A stretch of 64,000 bases of DNA from Octopus vulgaris (taxonomy: Eukaryota): positions 66,278,001 to 66,342,000 of the forward strand of contig OX597821.1 in assembly GCA_951406725.2 (NCBI GenBank), written 5' to 3'. Of this stretch, positions 15,154 through 28,664 are shown piece by piece (the stretch's first letter is position 1; the number at the start of each line of letters is the position of its first letter). A program made the position numbers and the translations under genes. The notes beneath the pieces were generated by a model. That model ran no database searches and was not told the DNA's origin. It was given only the letters and a program-made list of their open reading frames with translations.

Positions 15154-16426
15154 GCGAGGTGGGGTAACTGTGCACCTTTTTCTTTACTATTTTTTTTGTA
15201 TTAAAACAACGATCCAGGGGGCTAATGAAAAAATGTGACATGTTTTTCAAGCTCTTTATTAGTACAAACTTTTGCGTATATAGTCACATTTCTAGACAAA
15301 TTACACAAATAGATATGATCAAAAAGGTATGGGTGCATGTTTATGCCACGCTTTGTTGCAATTGTGCACCAGCTTTATTTTTGCATCTTAAATACAACGA
15401 GTTATAAAAGACTAGGCGTGCAAATGATACATAACATAAGCGTTTCTCCTAAAAAGCATTTAGCTATCAATTGGTATGGTAATTGAGGCAGTGGTAAGTA
15501 TAAAAATGAAAATTAATAATTCAAAAACAAACAAAAAAATTGATGCTTTATAAAAACATTTTTAATGCATTACTATTTCACCAAAGGCATCCTTTTCACA
15601 CATAAAGGTTTTGCAAAGTTTCTAACAATTGATTCTTTGTCTGTACATAAGCAGTTAAGATTTTGTGGGTCTTTAAAGGAAATATAAAAGCCAGACTCTC
15701 CAGAGTAGCACCTATAGTCCTGAATAATCCACATACCTCTGCATCCTCATGTAAAAGTTTACCAACATAATGGTATGGCGTATTCTTCCCTAACAATTTT
15801 ACAGTCACATAGGACCCATTTTCTAACTTCCTATTAGATGTGTCACTAGTACCGGTGGTACGCTCTGAATTTTCCTGGGATTCTTCAGGAGTGGTAGCTT
15901 CAAGTACTGCCTCATTTCATAAGCTTGGAATAAAGGTAGGGTATTAAGGTCCTTCAGAAGTACAGTCGTCTAGGTCGATAGGTGGCTTCCTTTTTGGGTT
16001 TCGTTTGCTGAGATTGGAGCTCAGATTAACCTGGAGTAACATCATTCATGTAGATGCTTTTTTCCGGTGAAATGATAGAGACATGCAAGTTAGTGTAAAT
16101 CTCCGTCAGGATATGTGTCACAAATGTGCCACAAAATCAATGCTCTAGGTCAATTTTATCATAGGTAGCTTACTCCTTGTATTTCCACTTTCCAGATGTT
16201 CACTAGATCAGACAATATTGCTCTTCGGGTTTCAAATCTGCCCAATGGCTTCTTAATGTCTCTCACAGGTATGGTTTTTTCACATCAAACAACACTGGGA
16301 CTCGTAAACAGGTCAGCACATGTAAAGAAAAGATCGACATCACTAGTGTGTGCTATGACATTTAAAAAAATATTTTACATGGGTACACAGTTAGCCCTTG
16401 AGATGCACACTTACCCCACCTCACGG
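15152..16426 (-). mobile_element. pogo/Tc1-mariner-superfamily deletion derivative (~1275 bp)
   Basis: TIRs CCG(C/T)GAGGTGGGGTAA(C/G)TGTGCA with TA on both sides, a subterminal GGGCTAACTGTGTACCC copy, and a minus-strand remnant GSYVTVKLLGKNTPYHYVGKL..FIFP resembling pogo-type transposase C-termini. Confidence 0.8.
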
Positions 16427-16985
16427 TATGTATTTACGTATACGAATGTGTTCATATATATGTATATACATTCATAAGCTGTCCCTTTAAGCGTTCAGAA
16501 TACGTTTTCCATCGTCTTGACTTAACGTTTGTTTTTACTGATTTGTACTCCTTGTTCTGTCTTTTACTGTTTTTTACGTTTTTATCGTTTTACTGTTTTG
16601 TTCTTGCTGTCCTGTTCTTGTTACAATTTTTATCCTCCGCAAAAAATCCCAAATTTTATTTAATTTGCTTTGCGGGAAGGACTGTTTCAATGTAGTCACG
16701 TCTTGTCCTTACCTTCGATTCGCGGAGTAGATGGAACAGGGACAACTTGTTGTGCCTTGTTTCTCTGTTTTTTCGTTGTTTGAAAAAAAGTTCCTTTCTA
16801 TGTTTTTGTTTTTATGTTTTCGTTTCTCATTGTGTTCAAGGTTTTTTTTTATGTCCCGTACCCATGTATGCATGTATATATACATATGTATGTAGATATG
16901 TACATATATGTTTTTATATATGCATATATTTGTATATTATTTATATTATAATATAATCAAACGCCACGCATCCTTTTTCAAGTAA

Positions 16986-17075
<90 letters not shown>

Positions 17076-17821
17076 GGGGGTTGTCCACTGTTTCAACAAT
17101 TAATCTTGTTCTTTTCCACCATGTCTTAAAACATCTCATTCTTATATTGCACACTGACAGTTTCATCTATTCACACTTGGTGGCACACACACACACAAAC
17201 ATACACACAAGTACATTCACAACCGCAGACACCCACGCTCACATACATACATACACACACACATACATACATACAGAAAAACACACACATAAACACACCT
17301 ATAAACACACGCAAGCACCATTCCTTCGTTTGTACCGACCGCAGTACCTCTCCTTCGTTGTTTACGTAGTCATTGTCTAGACATAACTTCCATTTACCAA
17401 ACAAATTACTCAAACCATAAAAACACTTCTTTGGATAATTTACCATTCAGTTTATTCCACATACCTCACCACGCCATTCTTACTGTAATCTGTTGTTCTT
17501 TCTCTTCATCAAGTAATTTATTTTGCAGTTTTTAACACTATACTTATTTTCTTACGATTTTTTTTCTCTCTTTCGTTCGAGTCATTGTTAAGTGCGTGAT
17601 GGCAAAGTGTATCAAAGTTGTTATGTTGTAGAAACACTGTTTTCTTCATTTTATTTTTATATTGTTAATTTTCTTTTTCGTGAAAGCATATTTTTTTTTA
17701 CCTGGAGAAACATAATTTCATTAACTGGACGCTGTTCACCTTTACATCCTGTCTCTTTATTAGTTTCTGCCGATGCACTTTAGCACTTTATTTCTAACCG
17801 TTCTCTTATATTTCAATCTTT

Positions 17822-17904
<83 letters not shown>

Positions 17905-18078
17905 TGTACGTATGTACGAATGTGCGTATATATATATTTGTAATATGTATACACTCACATACATAGGTATGTATGTATCTATATCTCTTTTTCTCTCTCC
18001 ACTTCCTTTCTCTCTCACTCTGAATATGTATGAATGTATGTATGTATCTATCTATCTGTCTACCTGTCTATCTTTCTG

Positions 18079-18124
<46 letters not shown>

Positions 18125-18681
18125 CATATGTATGTATTTATACACAAACGCACACGCACATACATATATATTTACACACACACACACAAACACATACACA
18201 CACACGCACATACATGGAGTAAACTCCAAAAAATCTCGAAACATTTTTAGGTGAGTCAGTTACGTCTGTCCTAGATTATTGTCATTTCACTCTATCATTA
18301 CCACACATCCAATAAGCTGACCTGCCAACTTTTGTTATTCTAGATTGAAGGAAATGGCAGTGTTTTAAACAGCCTGCTAAACACCGCTTGTCACAGTTGG
18401 CTAGTTTACAGAATGCAGTCGGGAGTGAAGATGATTTGGTACCACGCTAAATATTAAAGTTTTGTGCTAAACTGGGATTCCTTCTGTTTTTCACTGGCAC
18501 AAGAAGTTCACGGGCAGCAGAAAGGATATATGTATGCATACATGCATATGTATATGTATGTATACATATAAACACATACACACACACACACAATTATTAT
18601 TAATAACAGAAGGAAATATAAAATTCCAAACTTATAGGGAAAAATTCAATTTAGCAGTACTAAATCAAATTTCACAATATA

Positions 18682-18738
<57 letters not shown>

Positions 18739-18742
18739 TACA

Positions 18743-18956
18743 TATAATTAAGCAAAATAACCTCTATTAACTATATTAAATCATATATTAACTATATTAA
18801 ATCATATAGAAAAAATTTAAATACATTATGATAAATATTATTCTAGAAATCAGAATATTTATTATAATATATTAAAATTTTTCTATATGATTTAATATAG
18901 TTAATATCTTTTACTATCAATTAAATTACTTAATAGAGGTTATTTCTCTTAATTAT

Positions 18957-18957
<1 letters not shown>
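18743..18957. repeat. AT-rich fold-back (imperfect inverted repeat)
   Basis: TATAATTAAG.AAAATAACCTCTATTAA pairs with TTAATAGAGGTTATTT.TCTTAATTATA, and an inner ATTAACTATATTAAATCATATAGAAAAA pairs with its complement. Confidence 0.8.
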
Positions 18958-18999
<42 letters not shown>

Positions 19000-19044
19000 C
19001 GCACACACACGCATATATATACATACACACTCTCATACATATGT

Positions 19045-19106
19045 GGAGGCGCAATGGCCCAGTGGTTAGGGCAGCGGACTCGCGGTCGTAGGATCGCGGT
19101 TTCGAT

Positions 19107-19140
<34 letters not shown>

Positions 19141-19457
19141 GTTATCGTTCGTTCGTTCGTTCGTTCGTTCGTTCGTTGTGAGTGTTTATTGAGCTAAAGC
19201 ACCCGGCAGGGATGGTGGTGATCCCGGCTGTACTCTTTCACCACAACTTTCTCTCACTCTTACTTCCTGTTTCTGTTGTACCTGTATTTCAAAGGGCCGG
19301 CCTTGTCACTCTCTGTGTCACGCTGAATATCCCCGAGAACTACGTTTAGGGTACACGTGTCTGTGGAGTGCTCAGCCACTTACACGTTAATTTCACGAGC
19401 AGGCTGTTCCGTTGATCGGATCAACCGGAACCCTCGTCGTCGTAACCGACGGAGTGC
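19045..19457 (+). mobile_element. tRNA-derived SINE family C
   Basis: GGAGGCGCAATGGCCCAGTGGTTAGGGCAGCGGACTCGCGG..GGTTTCGATTC tRNA-like head, interrupted by (CTAT)n(GTTC)n. Same head at 63036 (minus). Confidence 0.85.
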
Positions 19458-19562
19458 TTACATACACACACGCACACACACATACTCAGTTATATATAAT
19501 CACCTATATTACTTCACACATGCTCGGATCTTTTCCTTTCACCGGACCTTTTGTTTCTCCTC

Positions 19563-19595
19563 CTTCTGACGAAGAGCTGTGCTCGAAATGTTAAG
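19563..19595 (+). ncRNA. Minimal hammerhead motif (canonical CUGACGA core) in a family E-related element (~19500-19708)
   Basis: CUU-CUGACGA-A-GAGC ugu GCUC-GAAA-UG-U-U-AAG. Confidence 0.6.
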
Positions 19596-19732
19596 AACCT
19601 TCTCTCGTTTCCATTTTATACTGAGCGTCAAACTAATACGATCCGTGTGTCCGTCCTTTTGACTTTAGTTGTTTTGCTATTTTTTAAATTTCAATTTTCA
19701 ATTTGCCCATATATATATATGTATATATATAT

Positions 19733-19931
19733 GCAGCACGGATTTTTGTCAGTGAACAGGTCGCGGATTTTAGCGACGAAAATATTTTGACAAATTAAAC
19801 TTAAATGTTGAAGTGAATCGAACGGCTTTTGTGTGTTTCTTAAATGGCTTACAAACACCTTCCACGCTGCAATTGTTTTCGTTTCAGCACACGATCTCAG
19901 ATCAAATTACTTGCTATGCGAGTACATCTCC
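19733..19931 (+). mobile_element. Family D ~200-bp non-coding element (single arm) in (TA)n
   Basis: Nearly identical to the arms at 59287-59487 and 63385-63586. Starts GCAGCACGGA and ends GTACATCTCC. Confidence 0.9.
19745..19794 (+). ncRNA. Hammerhead-like motif with G3-C8 core variant
   Basis: UUUGUCA-GUGAACA-G-GUCGC ggauuuua GCGAC-GAAA-AUAU-U-U-UGACAAA. Stem I 7 bp, stem II 5 bp, stem III palindrome AAUAUU. Confidence 0.68.
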
Positions 19932-19942
19932 CTATATGTATA

Positions 19943-20028
<86 letters not shown>

Positions 20029-20033
<5 letters not shown>

Positions 20034-20376
20034 TCAGTTTAACACACTCACCTATATTGGTTGCTCAACCTCCTGGAAATCCAGATACTACAACCACCGG
20101 TCCTCGCTGAGACACAGACATAAGGCTAACAGCACCTCCCTTTCTAAAAGAATTTGGGAATTAAAAGACAAATGCATAGGCTTCAAACTCAGATGGTCCA
20201 TCATCGGATCAGCTGCACCTTATTTAAATAATAGAGCAGGATGCCAACTATGTTGTGTAGAACTCCTGAACATCTTGAAATTCAAAGACAAACACAATCT
20301 TATTAACAAAAGGTCAGAGTTCAAACCATCCTGTATACACAAACTTATTAATACTTTCAAATACTACAAAGCTTAG
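20029..20376 (+). pseudogene. C-terminal GIY-YIG endonuclease fragment of a Penelope-like (Neptune-type) retroelement
   Basis: Open frame TYIGCSTSWKSRYYNHRSS..TSLSKRIWELKD..LRWSII..PY..CQLCCVE..LINKRSE..CIH matches the PLE YIG..R..NH..TxLS..W.LK..CxLC..E..LNKRxE..CxH pattern. 5' end lost in (TA)n. Confidence 0.85.
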
Positions 20377-22061
20377 GTTTTATACCAACTCCCCCATGCA
20401 ATTTCCTCCCACCCGGTGCAACCTGTCGGCTCCAGCACATCCCGCTTTCCTATATGTGCGTGTATATGCGTATGTGTGTGTGTATGTATATGTATGTGCA
20501 CATATGTGTACGTATATGTACATATATATATATATATGTGCGTGTGTGCGTGTGTGTGTGGGTGTGTGTATGTGCATATATGTTTCCCTGCATTTTCCTC
20601 CTATATATACAATTTTTGTCTCCCATATATGACTTCTTTTATTTTTATTCTACTTCTATTTATTCTCATTTTTATTTTCATCCCTTACCTTAACTATTAT
20701 AATTTTTATAATTTTTATATTTCATTTCTAACTATTACATTGTATTTCTTATTTTATACTGTATTTCTTACTTTTATTTCTAATTTTTACCCTTACCCTC
20801 ATTCTTACCCCTAAATTATCGCTTTACATCTCTATATATGTTTATTTACTTATCTATGGATCCACTTTTTGTCTGTACGAGCGTCCGTGTACGTATGTAT
20901 ACGCATACATACATATACACACGCATATATGTACATATGTACGAGTGAACATCTACGTCTGGATGTACATACCCCGTATTTCCTTTTTTTACATGTTTTC
21001 TTATATTCATATGTTTACACCTATTTGTATACATATCTTAATATCTTATAGCTATACCCATATGCGCGTATGTCTCTGCGTGTGTATGTAAGTGTATATG
21101 TGCACGCACATACGGACACACAGCCGTGTGTGCGTGCACGTATAGACATGAGTGCGTAATTCTTTACATACGTTCTTATATACATCCTTTAATATCTTAT
21201 ATCTAGACCTGGAAGCGTGGGCATATGCGTGTGTGTATGTAGGGATGGGCGCGCGTATGTACATGTGAGTGTGTACACGTATAGTGTCCGTGTATACATG
21301 CGGATATTCTGTTGTATGTATGTATGTGTACGCGCGTGCGTGTGGGTGTGTGTGTGTTTATGTACATGTTTACACGCGAGTGCGTGTGTATGCTTATAGG
21401 CTTGGAGGCGTATATGTACGCGTGTATATGGGTGTATGTATCCATGATGGTATGTATGTACTAGTAGTCCAATTAATTCAAGGAACCAGATTAAACGCTC
21501 AACAGCTCTGATTTACAACACATTAGGTCCCCAGACGAAACTGTTGATTTACTGACAATTCTACAACTAAATTTTATCAATCTCCTGACCACCATGCTTG
21601 GTCCGTAACCTCTATACATCCCTTATCTTTATATTTTTTTTACAATTTTATCATGTTTTTTTACTTTTATTTCTATTTCTATTTTTACTTTATAACCTTA
21701 TGCCTTTACATTTATTTACATTTCTTTATATTTCTTTATATTCTTTATACCCCCTTTACATCTCCTTATATCTCTTTATATCTTTATGCTCTACATTTTT
21801 ATATTTTTCTATACTTACACTTTTTATACATTTTTTATCCCTCGTCCTGAATTCTCGCCCCTCCATCTTCACGTCTATATATGTATTTATTTATTTACAT
21901 TACTTCAACATCCAATTTTCCTCATTCTACATTGAGAGAAGAAAGAGATGGACGCTTCAATTCTATGCTGCTGCCGCATTATGTCGTACGCGAATGAGAG
22001 GATTTGCATCCCCAACCAAGAATTTTTGATGTAACACATGTCCTTGTGGAAGCTGTTGTGC

Positions 22062-22139
22062 GCGGCTGAAGAAGGCCACAGACATACATTATGCATTGTT
22101 ATAAATCTGTCTAATAAAGGCCCGAAACATATGTACCGC
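22062..22139 (+). ncRNA. Type-I hammerhead ribozyme, canonical core, GUA site
   Basis: GCGG-CUGAAGA-A-GGCC..(extended stem II)..GGCC-C-GAAA-CAUAUG-U-A-CCGC. Stem III is the palindrome ACAUAUGU. Confidence 0.8.
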
Positions 22140-22170
22140 TGAATCCTTCGCATCATGTTTTTATTTTGAT

Positions 22171-22233
<63 letters not shown>

Positions 22234-22450
22234 TATATGTATATATGTATATATATGTATATATATATATGTATGTAAATTGTGACCCGAAGATACGCAC
22301 AGCCACATGTACAGTCACAATGGATTTTGGACCAAAGGTAGTCATCATTCTCATCTTTGGGACTACTAGACATCGGAGATTCATTATCGATCAACAGCAG
22401 AAGCAAAATTCCATACCCGAGAGATCTTTGCGCGAGCAATAAACCAATAT

Positions 22451-22490
<40 letters not shown>

Positions 22491-22495
<5 letters not shown>

Positions 22496-24330
22496 GGGTA
22501 TGTTGTGTTTCGTGGTTTCGTGTAGAAAGAAAAGAAAGATGTCGGTTAATGTCGGCATTACTACCCGGATACGAAATCGAACAAAAATTAGTGCAACGGG
22601 TGTAAAAAATGTGTAGAAAACGAATCTGAAGAGAGAAATGTGCGGAGCGCAATGTGGGGAGGGGAAAGGCCATCGGAAAATTCACATGATCCATTGTTTT
22701 TCCATCATAACTTTTAGGAAAATGGGATTTTTTAATGAAATTTTATATAAATACATTTCAAACGGTATAGATTAAAATTATAGAGAAATTTGTGAGGTAA
22801 ATATTTTCCGAGGGATGGAAAGAGGGCTTCGGAAAATTCACAAGACCCGAGTTTTTCCATCATAACTTTGAGGGAAATAGAATCATTTTGAAACCACAAA
22901 CTAGGCTCTTCGTCAGGAACTTGGAGGCTAAACATCCTTTTGAAAGATTGCACCTAGATTGCACCTCCATCTCTCCAGACGAAATTGAAGCGTATTAGCT
23001 TACTGGATTAAAATTTTGGCACGAAAAATTGCTAAAGGAAAATGAAAACATTGGATACTATTTCGAAACTAATAATTTTTAAGAGGTATGTAAAAGATAT
23101 TTTGTTTTAATATAACACTTTCTTTCACACAAAAACACTAACGTGGTTTTTTAAAAGGATTTTGTAAAATTCTTTCTCTAACGTTTTTATAAGGATTTTT
23201 GATTAAAAGATATCCATTTTCCTCAAAGTTACGAGGGAAAAACTCGGATCTTGTGAATTTTGCGAAGTCTTCTCCCCACCCCTTCGAAAAAGATTTTTCC
23301 CTCAAATTTTTTTATAATCGTAATCTATACCTTTTGAAAGGTATTTATATAAAATTTCATTAGAAAAACCCATTTTCCCAAACGTTATGAGGGAAAACAT
23401 CGGATCTCGTGAATTTTCCGAAGGCTTCTTCTTCCCCATTGCTCTCCTCACAGTTTTGTTTTCAGATTCGTTTTCTATACCATTTTTTTACACCCGTTTC
23501 ACTATTTTGTTGCCAATTTTTTCCGGGTAATATTGTCAGCATTAACCAAGAAGTCTTAGTGGAGTTACCATGTACATCCGCAAACGTGTCATGTCCTTGG
23601 TCCTATTCTCACATCAAAATGCAGACTGTATTAACACAAATAATTCATATAAAGGTACTCAATATTTTAATAGGTACATCATATTGTTCGCCTGAAGCTT
23701 CAAATTATGATAGAAAAATTGAGGAGAACCATAGAATAATATATGAACTTGTAACAAATCTAGGTAAATACATTAATATACTCCTGTTCGGTGATTAGAG
23801 CTTTACCAACTTCAAATGGCTCGAAGGCAACTTAATCAGAGAAGCTGCAATCACCTTACAGATGTATATTAATGATTTGCCGTGATTTTTTAGAAGTTAT
23901 GTTGCCATATGAACAAAATCAAACAGAATCTCTATTCGATTTCACTAAAATGTTTTTCATTGAACACAATATTGTATCCGACTAGGAGCAACAGCATCCT
24001 AAACAACTACATCACGAGCAACATGGACTTAGTCCACAATGTGAAGATGATGTCAACGATTGTCTTAGCCCAAAAACATAGCAGTTGGTCTTATAATTTA
24101 TGGTTTAATGTTTAAAGGAAATTGAGATGAATGTTACACACGAAGTATTCGAATCCTATCACAACTAAACTTCGAAAAATCTAATAGGAGGTCAGTTGGG
24201 AAAGAAATCCTGAAAAGGAAATGGTTCGGAAACCCGCTTTGCATGACAATAACATAAAAACTAAAGAATTTATGCCAATAACGCAGGCGATATGCGTTAA
24301 ATTAGTTTCAGAGAGGAATCGATACACACA
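22491..24330 (+). pseudogene. Decayed CR1/L2-group LINE AP-endonuclease region, interrupted by a MITE
   Basis: Frameshifted motifs IEGYVVFR | SGVTMYIRK, LNILIGTSYCSP, ILLFGD*SF..W, PTRSNSILNNYITSNMDLVHNV. Confidence 0.7.
22544..23547. mobile_element. 1004-bp non-autonomous DNA transposon with ~340-bp TIRs and 8-bp TSD (Merlin/Mutator-like)
   Basis: Ends GGTTAATG...CATTAACC. Arms are complementary over ~340 bp and contain an internally duplicated CGGAAAATTCACA.GA.CC..TTTTTCCATCATAACTTT motif. TSD AAGATGTC (22536-22543) / AAGAAGTC (23548-23555). Confidence 0.85.
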
Positions 24331-24543
24331 TACAAAAACATTATTCCGAGAACTAGGAAATTTTTCTGATACGTATTATTCATCCATCCATCCATCCATC
24401 TTCTTTGATGACTATTTCTGGGAAGATCATGGCGATAGACTCCTCTTGCACTTCTTTATTAGAGTTCTATTAGAAGCAATCTTAATTTCACTTATACTCA
24501 TGTGGTCTGCGTTTATTGAGCTAATTTCTTCAAACAGTTGCTG

Positions 24544-24720
24544 AGACCCCCTTCGGTCATGACTGACCGTGGTATTGCACCCAGAAAGTTACCCTCCCAG
24601 GCACAAGTCCGGGAAAGGTAGTTTATGGAAGACCAGCAGTCGCCCTCTCCACACCACTGATGATATCCAAGAAAAAGGCAAAGGCCGATACAGCTTGGCA
24701 CCTGTGACGTCGCAACTCAT
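24544..24720. mobile_element. Interspersed repeat family F (second copy ~30687-30825)
   Basis: AGACCC.CTTC.GT.ATGA.TGACC.T.G.ATTGCACC..AGTT.CCCTCC.AGGCACAAGTCC is shared by the two loci. Confidence 0.65.
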
Positions 24721-25742
24721 TGAAAAAATAGCGTTTTTTCTGAAAGTTATAAAGAAACAAAATCGAAGCATGTGAATTATGCGATACTTCTCACTGCTAA
24801 CACCGCTAACGTTAAACACTTTTAACGACAAATTCCGATATAATTGTGATGTATAACATCTGAAACGTACTTGCACAAAGTTTCAGGGTGAAAAATATAT
24901 CGAATTTTTATAAAGTTATGAGAAAACAAACTCGGTGGTATATACTTTAGCTGCGAAGATATGCGGTAAGTTTATATTTGGTACAGTTAATGTAAGTAAA
25001 TTAAGACCATTTTTCTTCTTAAACATCCAAGTATGAAAGGATACTGCAATCAACATAATTTGGTTCGCAATAGGATGAGTTAACAGAGAAGTGGTTTTGC
25101 TGATGTTTGTAGAAAGTAGTCATGAAGTGGAAGAGAAAGAATAGAGAAAGAGGGAATGCTATCTGGTAGTGAATTAAACTATTGGAAGAGCTAAATGTTA
25201 AAATAATGGAACAGCTAAATATTAAAAGACGTTTAAACCGCATTTTGATAAAAACATATCACAATTTGAATTTAAAAAAACCCATTTTAGTCATTGAAGA
25301 CTTTAATAATTGATTTGTTTTTGGCAAATGTTATTACTTTCGAATAACATTATTAGTTTCAAAACTAATTAACACGCAAGCTTTCTTTATATAGATAGAT
25401 ATCAAGGTAATCCTCTTTCTCGCCTTCCCCCTCCTCTTCCCCATCCTCTTCCTCCTCCTAGTCTTCCCCTTTTCACCTCCTCCTCCTCCACCTCTACCAC
25501 CACACCATCATTGTCGTCTTCTTCTTCTTCTTAGTAGTAGTAGTAGTGATAAAAGTAGTAGTAGTAGTAGTGATAAAAGTAGTAATAGTAGTAGTAGTAG
25601 TAGAAGTAGTAGTAGTGATAAAAGTAGTAGTAGTAGTAGTTCTAGTTATTTTAGTTAATGTTTTTCATTTAAGCATTTAAGTAATTTCACTCCTTTTTAG
25701 AAACTTTTCCATTCTTCATTTTCATTTCTATCTCTCTCTCTC

Positions 25743-25779
<37 letters not shown>

Positions 25780-26152
25780 TTCTTCTTTCTTTTCTTTTTT
25801 CCTTACAAAATATTTAATTTATCTACATGTACTTTAGCGATTGATATCTGAGCAAATATATTTTCCTTAAAGTAAAGAATTATTAAAACGCTTTTACACG
25901 TACGTATGTATGTATGCATGTATGTATGTATGTATGTATGTATGTATGTATGTATGTATGTATGTATGTATGTATGTATGTATTTATGTATGTATGTATG
26001 TATGTATGTATGTATTATGTATGTATGCATGTATATATGCATGCATGCATACATGCATGAATGTATCTATGTATGTGTGTGTGCGTGTTTAGATTAATAT
26101 AAATATGTATGTATATATTGAACTATCCATAATTATATGTATATATATGCAT

Positions 26153-26202
<50 letters not shown>

Positions 26203-26209
26203 GTATATA

Positions 26210-26255
<46 letters not shown>

Positions 26256-26401
26256 GGTGCCCCAGCATGGCCACAGCTCGTGAGCTGAAACTAGATAAAT
26301 AAAAAATATATATAGATATGTATATATTTATATTCATATGTATATTATATACATATATATATGTATATGTATCTATATTTATATCTATATATAAATGTAT
26401 A

Positions 26402-26449
<48 letters not shown>

Positions 26450-26524
26450 CTATATATATGTATATACATATATCTATAAATGTGTGAATATATATTTATA
26501 GATATATGTATATACATATATAGT

Positions 26525-26559
<35 letters not shown>

Positions 26560-26595
26560 CTACTATATATGTATATACATATATCTATAAATGTG

Positions 26596-26631
<36 letters not shown>

Positions 26632-27472
26632 CAAATAGATATATGTACATACACACGCACATACACTTGTACATGTATATATATATTTACGAATATATAT
26701 GTATATATATACTTGTATCTACATACATCCTCACACTACATACATGCATATACCTTCATTTATAATCATGTTTGTATATTTAAAATTACATCGATCGCTA
26801 TATAAATATATACATAGATACATATATATTAATAATCATATATATATATATATATATGATATATGCATATATAAGTATACATATATACTTATACATGCAC
26901 ATACATACATACATACATACATAGTGTGTAGGCATGTATATTCAAGTAACTAATTGGAACAGCTAAAATAATATTCGAAACTCTAAAATTGCCGAAGATC
27001 CATCGAAATACAACTTGCTTTTGGCTTCACTGAACACAATCAACTATAATTTGAAGTTTTCAAATATAAATGTAACCGGTTTATTAAAACTAAAATGATA
27101 CTTATATATGAAATGATAAACACAAATATAGAAAGAGAGAATTATTTTTTCTCTCTCCCTCTCTATGTTTTGTTTGTACCTCTCTTTATTCCTACCCCTC
27201 TGTCTATACCTATGCCTTCGTATCAATCTCTCTCTCTCTCTGTGTCTCTCTATTTGTCTTTGGCACTTTTTATCTGTTTCTAGCTGACTTGAATTCATTG
27301 ACATACACATATGCATAGAATGCATACATTCAGAACGTGCGTGCATGCACTCATATGTATGGGCATCGTGCAATCATACATTCATACATACACGCATTCA
27401 TACAAACGTACACACAGATCCATCCATTCATACATCCATCCATCTCTCACTTTCTCTCTCTCTTCCCTCTCA

Positions 27473-27580
<108 letters not shown>

Positions 27581-27726
27581 TATGTATATATATATATATA
27601 TATATGTATGCATATATAAATGTAATTGTATGTATTTATATATACATAAATAACTGTATGTCACATATATATATGTATAAATATATATGCATGCATGTTT
27701 ACATATGATATATATATATATAATTG

Positions 27727-27761
<35 letters not shown>

Positions 27762-27814
27762 GTATGTATGTATATATATATATAAACATACATATATATA
27801 TAAATATATATATA

Positions 27815-28243
27815 CTAATAAAAAGCGTTCAGCAAAGAATTGCTTCACCACACACCGAAGCTCAGAAATAGCAGCCAAAAATCTTAGCTATTTCTTCTAC
27901 TTTAAAAAGGGTCTTCCAGAGAAACCAAAATACTTGAAGGTTATTCACACAGGCAGAGAGTAAAGCAACGAAAATCAATCAATATCTAGTCGTCCATGGA
28001 CGCGCGTTTCTGAATTAGGTTTTTCATAAAGAATATAAAAAAAATATACTTTACTAACCATATTCTTCATCAGTATGGTTTTCCGCGATAATTCGAAGGT
28101 ACTAGAATATTTGAACGAATCTTTCCACCTAACGGCATTAGACCGCTCATGTTCAATGTTAGCACCGCCAAATTCAGAATATGAATGAGGATCGCATAGC
28201 TTCCCCGGCCTTCCACAATTCGTTGCTGAACCCTTTTTATTAG
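27815..28243. mobile_element. 429-bp MITE with ~28-bp TIRs and TA TSD
   Basis: CTAATAAAAAGCGTTCAGCAAAGAATTG ... CAATTCGTTGCTGAACCCTTTTTATTAG, TA on both sides. Confidence 0.8.
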
Positions 28244-28496
28244 TAATACTTAAGTTTACCATGAAACGGTCCTGTTTTCATACCGAATTCTACTTGGTGA
28301 AATTATTGATTACTTCTTAATTAATTAATTTTACCCTTTGTTATTATTAAATATATATATATATAGTTGTATGTATGTATATACATATACATATATATGT
28401 ATGCATGTATGTATGTATGTATGTATGTATGTATGTATGTATGTATGTATGTATATATATATATATATATATATAATTGTATCTCTCTCTCTCTCT

Positions 28497-28539
<43 letters not shown>

Positions 28540-28574
28540 CATACATATGCATACGGCAAATCCTAATAACAGGG

Positions 28575-28664
28575 TGTATGTTAGGGTAATGGTTAGCACG
28601 CTTATCGCGAATACACAGCGGTGTGGGTTCGTGTCCCATGCGCACGGCAAACCCTACTTTTTTT
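28575..28664 (+). pseudogene. tRNA-like sequence (pseudo-tRNA or SINE head) followed by T7
   Basis: A box TAGGGTAATGG, T-arm GTGGG-TTCGTGT-CCCAT, wobble-rich acceptor stem. No proper anticodon arm. Confidence 0.4.

Larger units (their letters stand above)
20029..22172 (+). mobile_element. 5'-truncated Penelope-like element with long low-complexity 3' region and terminal hammerhead
   Basis: GIY-YIG remnant, then degenerate (TG/TA) and T-rich blocks, hammerhead at 22062-22139, and (TA)n at both ends. Continuity of the middle is inferred. Confidence 0.65.

Noticed and set aside
19045-19110. Functional tRNA genes at SINE heads
   Set aside because: A/B boxes are present, but the heads run into SINE bodies and lack complete cloverleaves.
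21500-21546. CAACAG..CTGATT..GAAACTGTTG hammerhead-like look
   Set aside because: The core lacks the 3-8 pair and A9, and there is no cleavage-site geometry.
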